A stretch of DNA of 64,000 nucleotides from Candidatus Latescibacterota bacterium. GTDB lineage: Bacteria; Latescibacterota; UBA2968; UBA8231. Below are positions 47,103 to 56,729 of the stretch, piece after piece. Both the position numbers and the translations under genes were made by a program. The DNA lies in contig OZ242005.1 in assembly GCA_965204725.1 (NCBI GenBank), positions 2,688,001 to 2,752,000 of the forward strand, written 5' to 3'. How positions within the stretch are numbered: position 1 is the stretch's first letter; every line of letters starts with the position of its first letter. The notes beneath the pieces are model-generated. The model was not told the DNA's origin. It saw nothing but the letters and a program-made list of their open reading frames with translations, and did not search any database.

Positions 47103-48578
47103 ATGAAGGCAATTATGGTCATGTTCGACTCGCTCAACCGGCATCTGTTGCCGCCCTACGGCTGCGATTGGACGCACGCGCCCAATTTTCAGCGGCTCGC
47201 CGAGCGGGCACTCACCTTTGACACCAGCTACGTCTGCTCCATGCCGTGCATGCCGGCCCGCCGCGACTTGCACACCGGGCGACCCAACTTTCTCCACCGC
47301 TCTTGGGGGCCGCTAGAACCTTTCGACGACTCCACGCCGCGAATGCTGCGCGACGCCGGCGTCTCGTCGCACCTCATCAGCGACCATTATCACTACTGGG
47401 AGGCCGGCGGAGCCACCTATCACACCCAATACAACACTTGGCAGTTCTTCCGCGGCCAAGAGGGCGACCCGTGGATCGGGCAGGAGGCCGACCCACCGCC
47501 TGTAGAGGCGCACGGGGGCAATGCGGGACGCAGCATCTGGCATCGTCAAGATCGCGTCAACCGGCAATACATGCGTCGCGAGGAAGACCAACCCCAAACC
47601 CAGACCTTTAAGGCCGGCGTCGAGTTCATCCGCCGCAACCACGCAGAAGACAACTGGTTTTTGCAGATTGAAACCTTCGACCCGCACGAGCCGTTTTTCA
47701 CCCAGCGTCCATACCAAGACCTCTACCCAGAGCTTTTTAAGAACCGCTCCTCCCGGCTGTTCGACTGGCCGACCTATGGCCCCGTGACCGAAGAGCAAGC
47801 GCTCGTCGATCAATGCCGGGGGCACTACGCAGCACTGCTGAGCATGTGCGACGCCCGCCTCGGCGACATCCTCGACGAAATGGACCGGCTGGCGCTGTGG
47901 GACGACACCATGCTCATGGTGTGGACCGACCACGGCTTCCTGCTCGGCGAGCACGACCTGTGGGCCAAGGTGCAGATGCCTTGGTACCGAGAGCTGTCCA
48001 ACACGCCGTTCTTCGTCTGGGATCCGCGCTGTGGCCAAGCGGGCCAGCGGCGGCAGAGCTTGGTGCAGCCGTCCATCGACTTGGGGCCGACGCTGCTGGA
48101 CCTCTTTGGGCTGGAACCGACCGCGGACATGCTGGGCCAGAGCCTGCGCGAGGTCTGCGCCAGCGACTCACCCGGGCGCGAGGCCGCGATTTTCGGCAAC
48201 CACGGCGGACAGGTGAACGTCACCGATGGCCGCTACGTGTACATGCGCGCCCCCAGCCGACCCGACAACCAACCCCTGTACAACTACACGCTCATGCCCA
48301 CGCACATGCGCGACTTGTTCTCCGTCGATGAACTCGCCCACGTGGATCTAGCCGAGCCGTTTGGTTTTAGCAAAGGCTGTCGGCTGCTGCGGACGCAGGG
48401 ACACACGCGGACCAAGCAGCACGAGTACGGGACCCTGCTCTTTGACTTGGAGCAAGACCCGCGACAGGAGGCCCCGCTCGACGACGCGGCACTGGAGCAG
48501 CGGATGCAGGGGCTGTTGCGCGCACAGCTAGCAGCGTGCGAAGCACCGCCGGAGCAGTACGAGCGCTTGGGCTTGTAG
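47103..48578 (+). CDS. Sulfatase
   Basis: CMPARR (CxPxR), FDPHEPF, TDHGFLLGEH. Confidence 0.92.
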   Translation: MKAIMVMFDSLNRHLLPPYGCDWTHAPNFQRLAERALTFDTSYVCSMPCMPARRDLHTGRPNFLHRSWGPLEPFDDSTPRMLRDAGVSSHLISDHYHYWEAGGATYHTQYNTWQFFRGQEGDPWIGQEADPPPVEAHGGNAGRSIWHRQDRVNRQYMRREEDQPQTQTFKAGVEFIRRNHAEDNWFLQIETFDPHEPFFTQRPYQDLYPELFKNRSSRLFDWPTYGPVTEEQALVDQCRGHYAALLSMCDARLGDILDEMDRLALWDDTMLMVWTDHGFLLGEHDLWAKVQMPWYRELSNTPFFVWDPRCGQAGQRRQSLVQPSIDLGPTLLDLFGLEPTADMLGQSLREVCASDSPGREAAIFGNHGGQVNVTDGRYVYMRAPSRPDNQPLYNYTLMPTHMRDLFSVDELAHVDLAEPFGFSKGCRLLRTQGHTRTKQHEYGTLLFDLEQDPRQEAPLDDAALEQRMQGLLRAQLAACEAPPEQYERLGL

Positions 48579-48599
48579 CACCCGAAAGGCCGTCGCAAA

Positions 48600-51500
48600 G
48601 TGATCTACGAGGCGCTACAAGGCTTTGCCGATGCAGTGCGCGCCAAAACGACGCAAGTGGCCGCGGGCGCGCCCGAAGACCAAGTGCGCGCTCCATTTGA
48701 GCGCTTTATGGGCGCAGTGGGCCGCGCTTGCGGCTGGGATGTCGTCTGCACCGGCGAAACGCCCCTGCCCGACCGTCTCGGTCGTCCAGATTACGCCATT
48801 CACCGCGATCAACTGCTCGCCGGCTACGTCGAGCTCAAGGCCCCCGGCGTCGGCGCGACCGCCACCCGGTTCAGGGGCCGCAACCGCGCGCAGTTCAAGC
48901 GGTTTTCGGCCATCCCCAACATCCTCTATACCGACGGCAACGAGTGGGTGCTGTACCGAGGCGGCCAACAAGTGCGAGGGTGCCGTCTCTCAGGCGATGT
49001 CGCCGCCGATGGCCGAGACGCCGCGGCGCCCCCAGACTCCCACGCGGTCGTAGCGCTCTTGCGCGATTTCCTCTCGTGGGAGCCCATCATCCCCAGCAAC
49101 CGCAACGGCACGATCCATCTCAAGGGCTTTGCCGCGCTGCTGGCTCCCCTGTGCCGCATGTTGCGCGACGACGTGACGGACGCGCTCAAAGCCCCCAATT
49201 CGCCCCTAGCGCAACTGGCCGGCGACTGGCGGCAACTGCTGTTCCCAGACGCTTCGGACGAGCAATTCGCGGATGCGTATGCCCAGACCGTTGCCTTCGC
49301 CCTGCTGTTGGGCCGCAGCGAAGGGGCGGACCCGCTCGCGCTCGAAAGCGCGGTGCAGGCCCTCGACGTCCAGCACAACCTATTGTCCCGGGCCGTGCAA
49401 ATTCTGACCGATCCCCAAGCCCGCACGGACATCACCGCCTCCCTCAATTTGCTGCTGCGCGTCATGGCCGTGGTGCCCTCCGCCATGCTCACCGGCCCCG
49501 AAGATCCGTGGCTCTACTTCTACGAGGACTTCCTCGCCGAGTACGATCCCAAGTTGCGCCGGGACGCGGGGGCCTACTACACCCCGGTGGAGGTCGTCCG
49601 CGCCCAAGTGCGCCTAATCGACGACTTGCTCGTGCGCCATCTCAAAAAGCCGCTCGGGTTTGCTGATCCCGGCGTCGTCACGCTCGATCCTGCGGTCGGA
49701 ACCGGAACCTATTTACTCGGCGTCATCGAACACGCCCTCGGCCGGGTCGAAACCGAGCAGGGGCCGGGGGCCGTGGCCGGTCAGGCCAGCACCCTCGCGC
49801 AAAACCTCTACGGCTTTGAACGAATGGTCGGCCCGTACGCGGTGAGCGAACTGCGCGTCAGCCGGGCACTGCGCGACCGCGGCGCCCAGTTGCCCTCAGA
49901 TGGCCCGCACGTGTACCTAACCGACACGCTCGAAAGCCCCCACGCGGAACCGCCCAACTTAGGGTTCTTCCTGCGGCCCATCGCCGACCAACGGGTCAAG
50001 GCCCTCAAAGTCAAAAGCGCAGTGCCGGTCATCGTCTGCCTCGGCAACCCGCCCTACGACCGCCACGAAGCGGCCACGCCGACCAACGGCGATCGCACCG
50101 GCTCTTGGGTGCGCTGGGGCGACAACGGGCAGGGCGAAGACGCCATCCTCCGCACCTTCCTCAACCCGGCCCTAGCCGCTAGACGCGGCGTCCACCTCAA
50201 GAATCTCTACAACCTCTACGTCTATTTCTGGCGTTGGGCCTTGTGGAAAGTCTTTGAACACGACACGGCGTGCGGCCCGGGGGTGGTCAGTTTTATCACG
50301 GCGTCGAGTTATCTCGATGGCGACGCCTTTTGTGGGATGCGCGAGCATATCCGGCGGCAGTGCGACGAGGTTTGGATTCTCGACTTGGGCGGCGAGGGGC
50401 GCGGTACGCGCCAAGACGACAATGTCTTTGCGATTCAGACGCCCGTGGCCATTGCGGTGGCCTTCCGCTCAAAAAAGGCGCGACCGGAACGACCCGCCGC
50501 GGTGCATTACACGCGCGTTGAAGGGACGCGCAGGGAAAAACTCGCCGCGCTCGACGCCATAGATCGCTTGGAGGACGTGGAGTGGCAGGCCTGTTCAGAC
50601 GACTGGCAGGCCCCATTCCGTCCGGCGGGCCAAGGAGCGTACTTTGGCTGGCCGTTGCTCACCGATCTCATGCCGTGGCAGCATTCGGGGGTGCAATTCA
50701 AGCGGACTTGGCCGATTGCACCGGACGAGGAGACGCTAAAACGACGCTGGCGCGGATTGTTGAATGCCAAGAATCGCGCCGAGGCATTCCGCGAGACCGG
50801 AGACCGTACCATCAATGGGACCTATCGCATCGCCCTGACAAAGTCGAGTGACTCAACGCCGATTGCCGAACTACCGAATAACGCGCCTCTTCCCGAAGTC
50901 CTAAGATGCGCGTATCGCTCTTTTGACCGCCATTACATCATCGCGGACGGTCGCTTGATGTCCCGCCCCCGCCCCGACCTGTGGCGCGTCCACAGCGAGC
51001 GGCAGGTGTATTTGACGACACTGCTGAACGATCCCCTAGGCCGAGGGCCAGCGGCAACCGCCTGTGCCCTAATGCCCGATCTGCATCACTTTTCGGGGCG
51101 GGGCGCGAAGGACACCATTCCCCTCTACCGCACGGCCGATGCCTCTCAGGCGAACTTGGCCCCCGGCCTGCTCAACGTCCTCGGCACGGCATACCAACGC
51201 AACATCGCGCCCGAACATTTCCTCGCGTACCTGTACGGCGTGCTGGCGCAGCCCGCCTTCACGGCGCGATTTGAGCAAGAATTGGCAACGCGCAAACGGT
51301 GCGTACCCATCACCAAGGATGCGGCACTGTTCGAGCAGGTCCGCAAGGTGGGAGCGCGGCTGTTGTGGCTGCACACCTATGGCGAGCGTTTTGTCCCCCA
51401 AGGCCAGACCAGCGGTCGCATTCCGCCGGGTGCGGCCAAATGCACCCAAGCCGTTCCCGGCGACGCCGAGGGCTATCCCGAAACATTCGCGTACGACGCA

Positions 51501-51884
51501 GCGAGCCAAACGCTCCACATTGGCCGAGGTGCGTTCGCGCCCGTTGTGCCCGCGGTGTACGAGTTTGAGGTTTCGGGCCTTAAGGTCGTGTCGTCTTGGC
51601 TCAAGTACCGCATGAAGCAAGGGGCCGGCCGGAAGTCGTCTCCCCTCGACGCGATCCGCCCCGCACTCTGGACCAGCCAGTTTACCACGGAATTACTCGA
51701 ATTGCTCTGGGTTTTGGCAGAAACGGTGCAGCACTATCCCGAACAGGAGCGGCTCCTCCAAGCCGTCGTCGCCAGCGACTGCTTCCAAGCCGCCGAACTG
51801 CCGACCGCCCCAGACGAAATGCACAAGCCGCCGAAAGAGTCAAAAAACCACGAGTTGTTTGACTCAAATAGATCGCAAGCCTGA
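48600..51884 (+). CDS. Single-chain R-M enzyme (type ISP/IIL-like): nuclease + N6-MTase + specificity region, no helicase
   Basis: PDY...VELKAP, GAYYTP, DPAVGTG, GNPPY, YRSFD, LKYR. Confidence 0.85.
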   Translation: MIYEALQGFADAVRAKTTQVAAGAPEDQVRAPFERFMGAVGRACGWDVVCTGETPLPDRLGRPDYAIHRDQLLAGYVELKAPGVGATATRFRGRNRAQFKRFSAIPNILYTDGNEWVLYRGGQQVRGCRLSGDVAADGRDAAAPPDSHAVVALLRDFLSWEPIIPSNRNGTIHLKGFAALLAPLCRMLRDDVTDALKAPNSPLAQLAGDWRQLLFPDASDEQFADAYAQTVAFALLLGRSEGADPLALESAVQALDVQHNLLSRAVQILTDPQARTDITASLNLLLRVMAVVPSAMLTGPEDPWLYFYEDFLAEYDPKLRRDAGAYYTPVEVVRAQVRLIDDLLVRHLKKPLGFADPGVVTLDPAVGTGTYLLGVIEHALGRVETEQGPGAVAGQASTLAQNLYGFERMVGPYAVSELRVSRALRDRGAQLPSDGPHVYLTDTLESPHAEPPNLGFFLRPIADQRVKALKVKSAVPVIVCLGNPPYDRHEAATPTNGDRTGSWVRWGDNGQGEDAILRTFLNPALAARRGVHLKNLYNLYVYFWRWALWKVFEHDTACGPGVVSFITASSYLDGDAFCGMREHIRRQCDEVWILDLGGEGRGTRQDDNVFAIQTPVAIAVAFRSKKARPERPAAVHYTRVEGTRREKLAALDAIDRLEDVEWQACSDDWQAPFRPAGQGAYFGWPLLTDLMPWQHSGVQFKRTWPIAPDEETLKRRWRGLLNAKNRAEAFRETGDRTINGTYRIALTKSSDSTPIAELPNNAPLPEVLRCAYRSFDRHYIIADGRLMSRPRPDLWRVHSERQVYLTTLLNDPLGRGPAATACALMPDLHHFSGRGAKDTIPLYRTADASQANLAPGLLNVLGTAYQRNIAPEHFLAYLYGVLAQPAFTARFEQELATRKRCVPITKDAALFEQVRKVGARLLWLHTYGERFVPQGQTSGRIPPGAAKCTQAVPGDAEGYPETFAYDAASQTLHIGRGAFAPVVPAVYEFEVSGLKVVSSWLKYRMKQGAGRKSSPLDAIRPALWTSQFTTELLELLWVLAETVQHYPEQERLLQAVVASDCFQAAELPTAPDEMHKPPKESKNHELFDSNRSQA

Positions 51885-51919
51885 AGCAATCCAACCATTA
51901 TGCAACGAGGAGCTTATCA

Positions 51920-53818
51920 ATGAATAGCCCAGCCAAACGCGCCATCGTCATCGGCATGGACGGAGCCGCCATGGAGTTGGTCCAACATCTGGTAGATCAA
52001 GGTCACATGCCCCATTTGGGCCAGCTCATGGCGCGGGGCGTCAAACGGCCCATGATCGGCGTCTTTCCCACGCTGACACCGCCCGGCTGGACGGCCACTT
52101 CGACCGGGGCTTGGGCGGGGACCCATCAGGTCATGGATTTCGGCATCCGCAAGCTAGGGGGGCGTCTCGACGAGACGGTGTGGGGCATCAACACCGCGCT
52201 CTCGCAGGCCGAGTACTTGTGGAACACGGTTGAGCGGGTCGGCAAAAAGCCAATTTTGGTCAAATGGGAGATGTCGTGGCCGCCGACCGTGCAGACCGGC
52301 ATCCAAGTCGAAGGCACCGGCCCGGGCGTGTCCAATGTGCATCAGATCGCCGGCTACCATCTCTTTGTCGGCGGCGGCTGGACGCCCCGGCCGATCGGCG
52401 GGCCGCGCGACCCTGAGACCTTGGACCCAAGCGCCTTGCAAGAGGTCCGCAGCGTCGATCCAGTGGAGATCGTCCCGGCGACAGGCTGGCAAGCCGCGCC
52501 CGCATCCGCGCTGCCGCTAAAAGAAGTGGCGTTGGTTATCGAGCCGCTCAAGCGCGGCCGACCGGGTATGCACTTAGGCCGCGAGGGGATGCCTAAGCCT
52601 TTCTACGGTCTGATATACGCCTCGGCCGACGCGGGGTACGACCGGCTGCTCGTTTGCCGCAGCCGCGATGCGGAGGATCGAGTCGCCGAGCTGGCCGTGG
52701 GCGAGTGGACCGAGTGGTGGAAGGACGGCTTTGAGATTGACGGGCAAGCACTCGTCGGCTACCTCCGCATGAAGCTCGTCAGCTTGAGCGCGGCCGGCGA
52801 TGTCTTTGAGCTTTTTGTGCCGCAGGTCTGGCCGGCGACCGGCTATACCCAGCCGGCCGAAGTGGCCGAGCAGATCGATCAACACGTCGGCAATTTCCTG
52901 CAAAACCCAGGGCGCGACGCCTTGGGCGTGGTTGATGACGCGACCTATTTTGAGCTTTTGGAATTCCACCACCAGCGGTTGGCCGATGTAGCCTGCTACC
53001 TGACGGAGAACAACGACTGGGATGTGCTGTTCATCGAAACCCACGCCTCGGACTACACCAGCCACTTCTTCCTGTCGCAGGCCGACGAATGCAGCGGGGC
53101 CGACGCGCACACGCTGGCGCGCTGCCAAGCGGGCGTGTCCCAGACCTACGCCTCCATCGATCGCATGATCGGCCGCTTAGTCGAGCGGGCCGATGACGAC
53201 GCGGTCGTTGCGGTCGTCTCCGACCACGGCGGCACCCCCAACCAGCACCGGCCGGTCGATATCGCCGAGGTGCTGGAGCAGGCGGGCTTTTTGGTCTATG
53301 CAGATGCCGAGAAAAAGCAGATTGACTGGCAGCGGACGCGGGCGGCCCATGTAGGGCTGGTCCACATCTTCATCAATCTAGTGGGACGCGAGCCTACCGG
53401 GATTGTCGATCCCAGCGCGTACGAGCAGACGCAGCTCGACCTCATCGAAGCCCTCCACGCCTATCGCCATCCGCAGACCGGCCGCAGTCCTTTTGCCCTC
53501 GCACTGACGCGCGCAGACGCGGAGATGGTCAACCTGTCGGGTGAACTCGTCGGCGACGTGGTCTATGCGCTGCGGCCCGAATACGACGGAGCGCACGGCA
53601 AGCAACTGCCCTCGGCCACGCTCGGCATCGGCGGGCAGCACTGCACGTTCGTGCTGGCCGGTGCCGGCGTAAAGCAAGGGCTGGCGCTCGAGCGGCAGGT
53701 GCGGGCGGTAGATGTCGCGCCGACGCTGTGCTACTTGCTGGGCATCCCCATGCCCGAGCACGTGGAGGGCGGCGTGATCTACGAAGCCCTTGAGGACGCG
53801 GACTGGCATCTGCGATGA
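51920..53818 (+). CDS. Alkaline phosphatase superfamily / type I phosphodiesterase
   Basis: IGMDG, PTLTPPGWT, VSDHG, VDVAPT. Confidence 0.85.
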   Translation: MNSPAKRAIVIGMDGAAMELVQHLVDQGHMPHLGQLMARGVKRPMIGVFPTLTPPGWTATSTGAWAGTHQVMDFGIRKLGGRLDETVWGINTALSQAEYLWNTVERVGKKPILVKWEMSWPPTVQTGIQVEGTGPGVSNVHQIAGYHLFVGGGWTPRPIGGPRDPETLDPSALQEVRSVDPVEIVPATGWQAAPASALPLKEVALVIEPLKRGRPGMHLGREGMPKPFYGLIYASADAGYDRLLVCRSRDAEDRVAELAVGEWTEWWKDGFEIDGQALVGYLRMKLVSLSAAGDVFELFVPQVWPATGYTQPAEVAEQIDQHVGNFLQNPGRDALGVVDDATYFELLEFHHQRLADVACYLTENNDWDVLFIETHASDYTSHFFLSQADECSGADAHTLARCQAGVSQTYASIDRMIGRLVERADDDAVVAVVSDHGGTPNQHRPVDIAEVLEQAGFLVYADAEKKQIDWQRTRAAHVGLVHIFINLVGREPTGIVDPSAYEQTQLDLIEALHAYRHPQTGRSPFALALTRADAEMVNLSGELVGDVVYALRPEYDGAHGKQLPSATLGIGGQHCTFVLAGAGVKQGLALERQVRAVDVAPTLCYLLGIPMPEHVEGGVIYEALEDADWHLR

Positions 53819-53905
53819 AAGCGGCCTATTACTGCGGCGACCGCACGGTCGAAATCGGCGAGTGCCGAGTACAGTCGCCGAGCGCGGGTCAGGTGCGGAT
53901 CGAGG
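53815..53905 (+). pseudogene. N-terminal remnant of a zinc-binding dehydrogenase
   Basis: MKAAYYCGDRTVEIGE...PSAGQVRIE stops matching before the GICGxD motif; ATGA coupling. Confidence 0.55.
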
Positions 53906-54128
53906 AGGTAACAGGAGGGCCGTTGACAAAGCGACATAACAACGGCCCCGTCGTAGTTGAGTCCGCGATGGGTGTCAAAAGCATGAGATGGACATTGCCG
54001 GCGTCGGCGTGTCCTTTCACGTTGTCTTGGCCCATCGCGGCAAGGAGTTTAAGGCCGCTCACGTTGCGCTCGGCGCGGTCAGCCCATCGAATAGAGATCG
54101 TGTCGTTGAAATGGACGACCATGTCCAA
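53889..54128 (-). CDS. Small hypothetical protein or gene remnant
   Basis: GAGGAGG RBS just downstream of the FlgD-Ig gene; no recognisable motif. Confidence 0.35.
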   Translation of the reverse strand: MDMVVHFNDTISIRWADRAERNVSGLKLLAAMGQDNVKGHADAGNVHLMLLTPIADSTTTGPLLCRFVNGPPVTSSIRT

Positions 54129-54148
54129 TCGCCTCCTCTACCGAGGAA

Positions 54149-56617
54149 TTAGTACACGCTAGCGACGAGTTTGGTGCTCGTGGTTTGCTCGCCTTCGGCG
54201 TCCACTTCTACGCCGACGCGGCACAAATACAGCCCCGGCGGCAGCAGCCGACCCGTGTGGTCGCGGCCATCCCAAGTCAGCCGCTGGTGCCCCGCAGCGG
54301 TCGCGGCCGCCTGCTTGATGCGCTGTACGCGCTCGCCGTCTAATCCATAGACCTCCAGAATCAACGCCTTGGCGCCTTGCACTTGGAACACCGGGAACAC
54401 CAATTCCACCACGTCGTTGATCCCGTCGCCATTGGGCGTAAACGGATTGGATGACGCGGTCACCTCACCCAAAACCGCCGTGGTAAAGGGCGTGAACACG
54501 GTCAGGCCGCGGCTCGCATCCACGCGCTGCCACACTTGGCCGTGGCCGACTTGGACCTCAAAGGCGTTGCTCACCAAGTAGAGCGCACCGGAAAAGCGCA
54601 GCGACACGCGATCTTGTTCCGGCCCGACCGGCGCGGGCAGCCGCACCCACAGCGAATCCGCACCGGTCGGCAGCCGCTCTAACTGATCGCGTCCGTATTG
54701 CTCCGCGCCGATGGCCCCGTCGATCAGGTCCATCTCCGCGCCCGGTGGCAGCTCCACCAGCACTTGGTCGAACCCGCGGTTGCCGTCTTGGAATGCGGGC
54801 TGCAAGAGCAAAGTGAAGGTCTGGGGCTGCCCGCGCTGGGGCGTTTTGTTGGGGGCGATCTCGCCGCGGATCTGGTTGGCGAGGGGCGCGTCCAGCGAGA
54901 GGCGCAAGGAGCGCAGCAAGGCGGCCGCGTCTGGATCATCGGAGCGCAAGGTTGCCTCGATCATCACGTAGCGGCGCGGACTCGGCGAAGTGATGGGCGC
55001 GCCCGGGACCGAATAAGGCAGGCTCCAAGGGCTCCAATCCGGGCCGGGGATGATGGTAACGGTCGAATCGCCGCGCTGAAAGCTGAGTAGTTTGCGGTAC
55101 TTGGCCTCGTTCACTTCTTGGCCCGTGCTCGTAAAGTAGCGGATGTTCTGGTCGAGTTGGTTCCCACTGCGGGTGCGGACGCGCACTTGGGTGCCGGGCG
55201 GCGCGTGGGCCGTCCAGTGCATGGCCGACAGGATGCGGGCCGTGCGCCCCAATTCGATGGGTTCAGACGCGAGCGACACCTCGGGGAGGAAGCCGCGTCC
55301 GTATAGCTGGATTTCGCGGATGGCCGGGCGGGCCGACTCCGCGACCAAGGTGTAATTCATTCTGAAGTACCGCGCCTTCGTCAGCGGAAACACGTTGTCC
55401 TGAAAGAGAAGGCTGCGATGCGCGGTCGTCTCGCCGTCTTCTTGGCCGCGCCCGGTCAATGCAACGTAGCTCAAGCTGCCGTCCGGTGCTCGGCTGCCGT
55501 CGGAAAGCGCGATCACATAGTTGGGGAACGCTCGGCTGTACCGGTCGCCAAAGACGATGGCGGCGCGATTGACCCAGTACCAAGTTCCCAAGTCGAAATA
55601 GATGTTGCGATGCGGATCCTGAAATACAACCGCCGGATCGTTGCCGCTAAAGCCCACTTCCACGCTCCAAAAGGAGCCCCATTCGCCATCTACGGTTAGC
55701 CTTTCCGCCCCCAAGTTGCCGTAGCCGATAATCTCCCCGCCGCGCTCTAATGCGCCGAGGCTAATGTTATCGCCCACGGTCCACACCTCGACTTCGGTCA
55801 GCCGCGGCCTTTCTCGGCGATAGTATTGGACCGGGCCTTGCCATTGGGCCTCAATGGCCTCATAAGCCGCTTGGTCTATCGGCCGCAAAACGCCGGAAGC
55901 CTCGCGGCGAAAGTGGAGCACATCGCCGCGCTCTTGCTCCGGTAGGCTATTCCAGCGTGCGGCACTGATTTGCTCGGCTCGGCCCAAGTCGCTGGCGGTC
56001 GCTACCACTTGGAGAAACTGGATCAGACGGCCCGTCAGTCCCGGGTCCACTTTGCGGGTAGGCTGCAACTCGAACTCATAGACGCGCTGGGATTTGTTTA
56101 ATCCCTCGCTGTGGCCGGCGGGCAGGTAGTTGAAGGATTCGCTTTGCAGGAAGGCGGGATCGCCGTTGGCGGTGAGCACCTTGAACTGGAGGAATGGATC
56201 GCCCGCACCTTCAGCGGCAAACTTCACGACCACCTTCTGCGCCCACACCAGCCGCCCCAAGTCGATTTCGACCCACCACGTATCGAGTGCGTCCGCCAAG
56301 TCCGGTTCCCAGAAGGTATCCTCTCGGCCATCTAGAATGTTGGCGGCTCCCGTGCGGTTGGTTCCGGCATTGCGGATGCCGCCCTGCACCCCGTCTGAGT
56401 ATGTGAATGCGCTCGCGTCTAAGGAGGCGTTGACCTGCTCGCGGACAAAGGCGGGCCGGACGCCCTCGGCACTGAAGTCCAAACTGCCCGCCGGGAAGTT
56501 CCACGCCGGCCAGTGCTCCGCCGCGACGATCAACTCGTCGGCGTCGAGTTGGTACGCTTGGCCCCACGCCGCCGATGCCGTCAGCAGGGTTGTGACCCCA
56601 ATCGCAACGCTTTTCAT
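54149..56617 (-). CDS. Secreted protein with discoidin-like segments and C-terminal FlgD Ig-like domain
   Basis: Signal peptide; NILDG..TFW..IDLG; NPFTPNGDGIND, WDGRD..G..LPPGLY. Confidence 0.8.
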   Translation of the reverse strand: MKSVAIGVTTLLTASAAWGQAYQLDADELIVAAEHWPAWNFPAGSLDFSAEGVRPAFVREQVNASLDASAFTYSDGVQGGIRNAGTNRTGAANILDGREDTFWEPDLADALDTWWVEIDLGRLVWAQKVVVKFAAEGAGDPFLQFKVLTANGDPAFLQSESFNYLPAGHSEGLNKSQRVYEFELQPTRKVDPGLTGRLIQFLQVVATASDLGRAEQISAARWNSLPEQERGDVLHFRREASGVLRPIDQAAYEAIEAQWQGPVQYYRRERPRLTEVEVWTVGDNISLGALERGGEIIGYGNLGAERLTVDGEWGSFWSVEVGFSGNDPAVVFQDPHRNIYFDLGTWYWVNRAAIVFGDRYSRAFPNYVIALSDGSRAPDGSLSYVALTGRGQEDGETTAHRSLLFQDNVFPLTKARYFRMNYTLVAESARPAIREIQLYGRGFLPEVSLASEPIELGRTARILSAMHWTAHAPPGTQVRVRTRSGNQLDQNIRYFTSTGQEVNEAKYRKLLSFQRGDSTVTIIPGPDWSPWSLPYSVPGAPITSPSPRRYVMIEATLRSDDPDAAALLRSLRLSLDAPLANQIRGEIAPNKTPQRGQPQTFTLLLQPAFQDGNRGFDQVLVELPPGAEMDLIDGAIGAEQYGRDQLERLPTGADSLWVRLPAPVGPEQDRVSLRFSGALYLVSNAFEVQVGHGQVWQRVDASRGLTVFTPFTTAVLGEVTASSNPFTPNGDGINDVVELVFPVFQVQGAKALILEVYGLDGERVQRIKQAAATAAGHQRLTWDGRDHTGRLLPPGLYLCRVGVEVDAEGEQTTSTKLVASVY

Positions 56618-56729
56618 GGCAATACCTCAATTCCAAAATTTCCTCTTGCGTCGGTTATATGGGAAATATAGAGTTTCCCTGCTGGCTTAGCAGACGCAAA
56701 CGAATCCACTAACTGTAACAGGTGTCATT

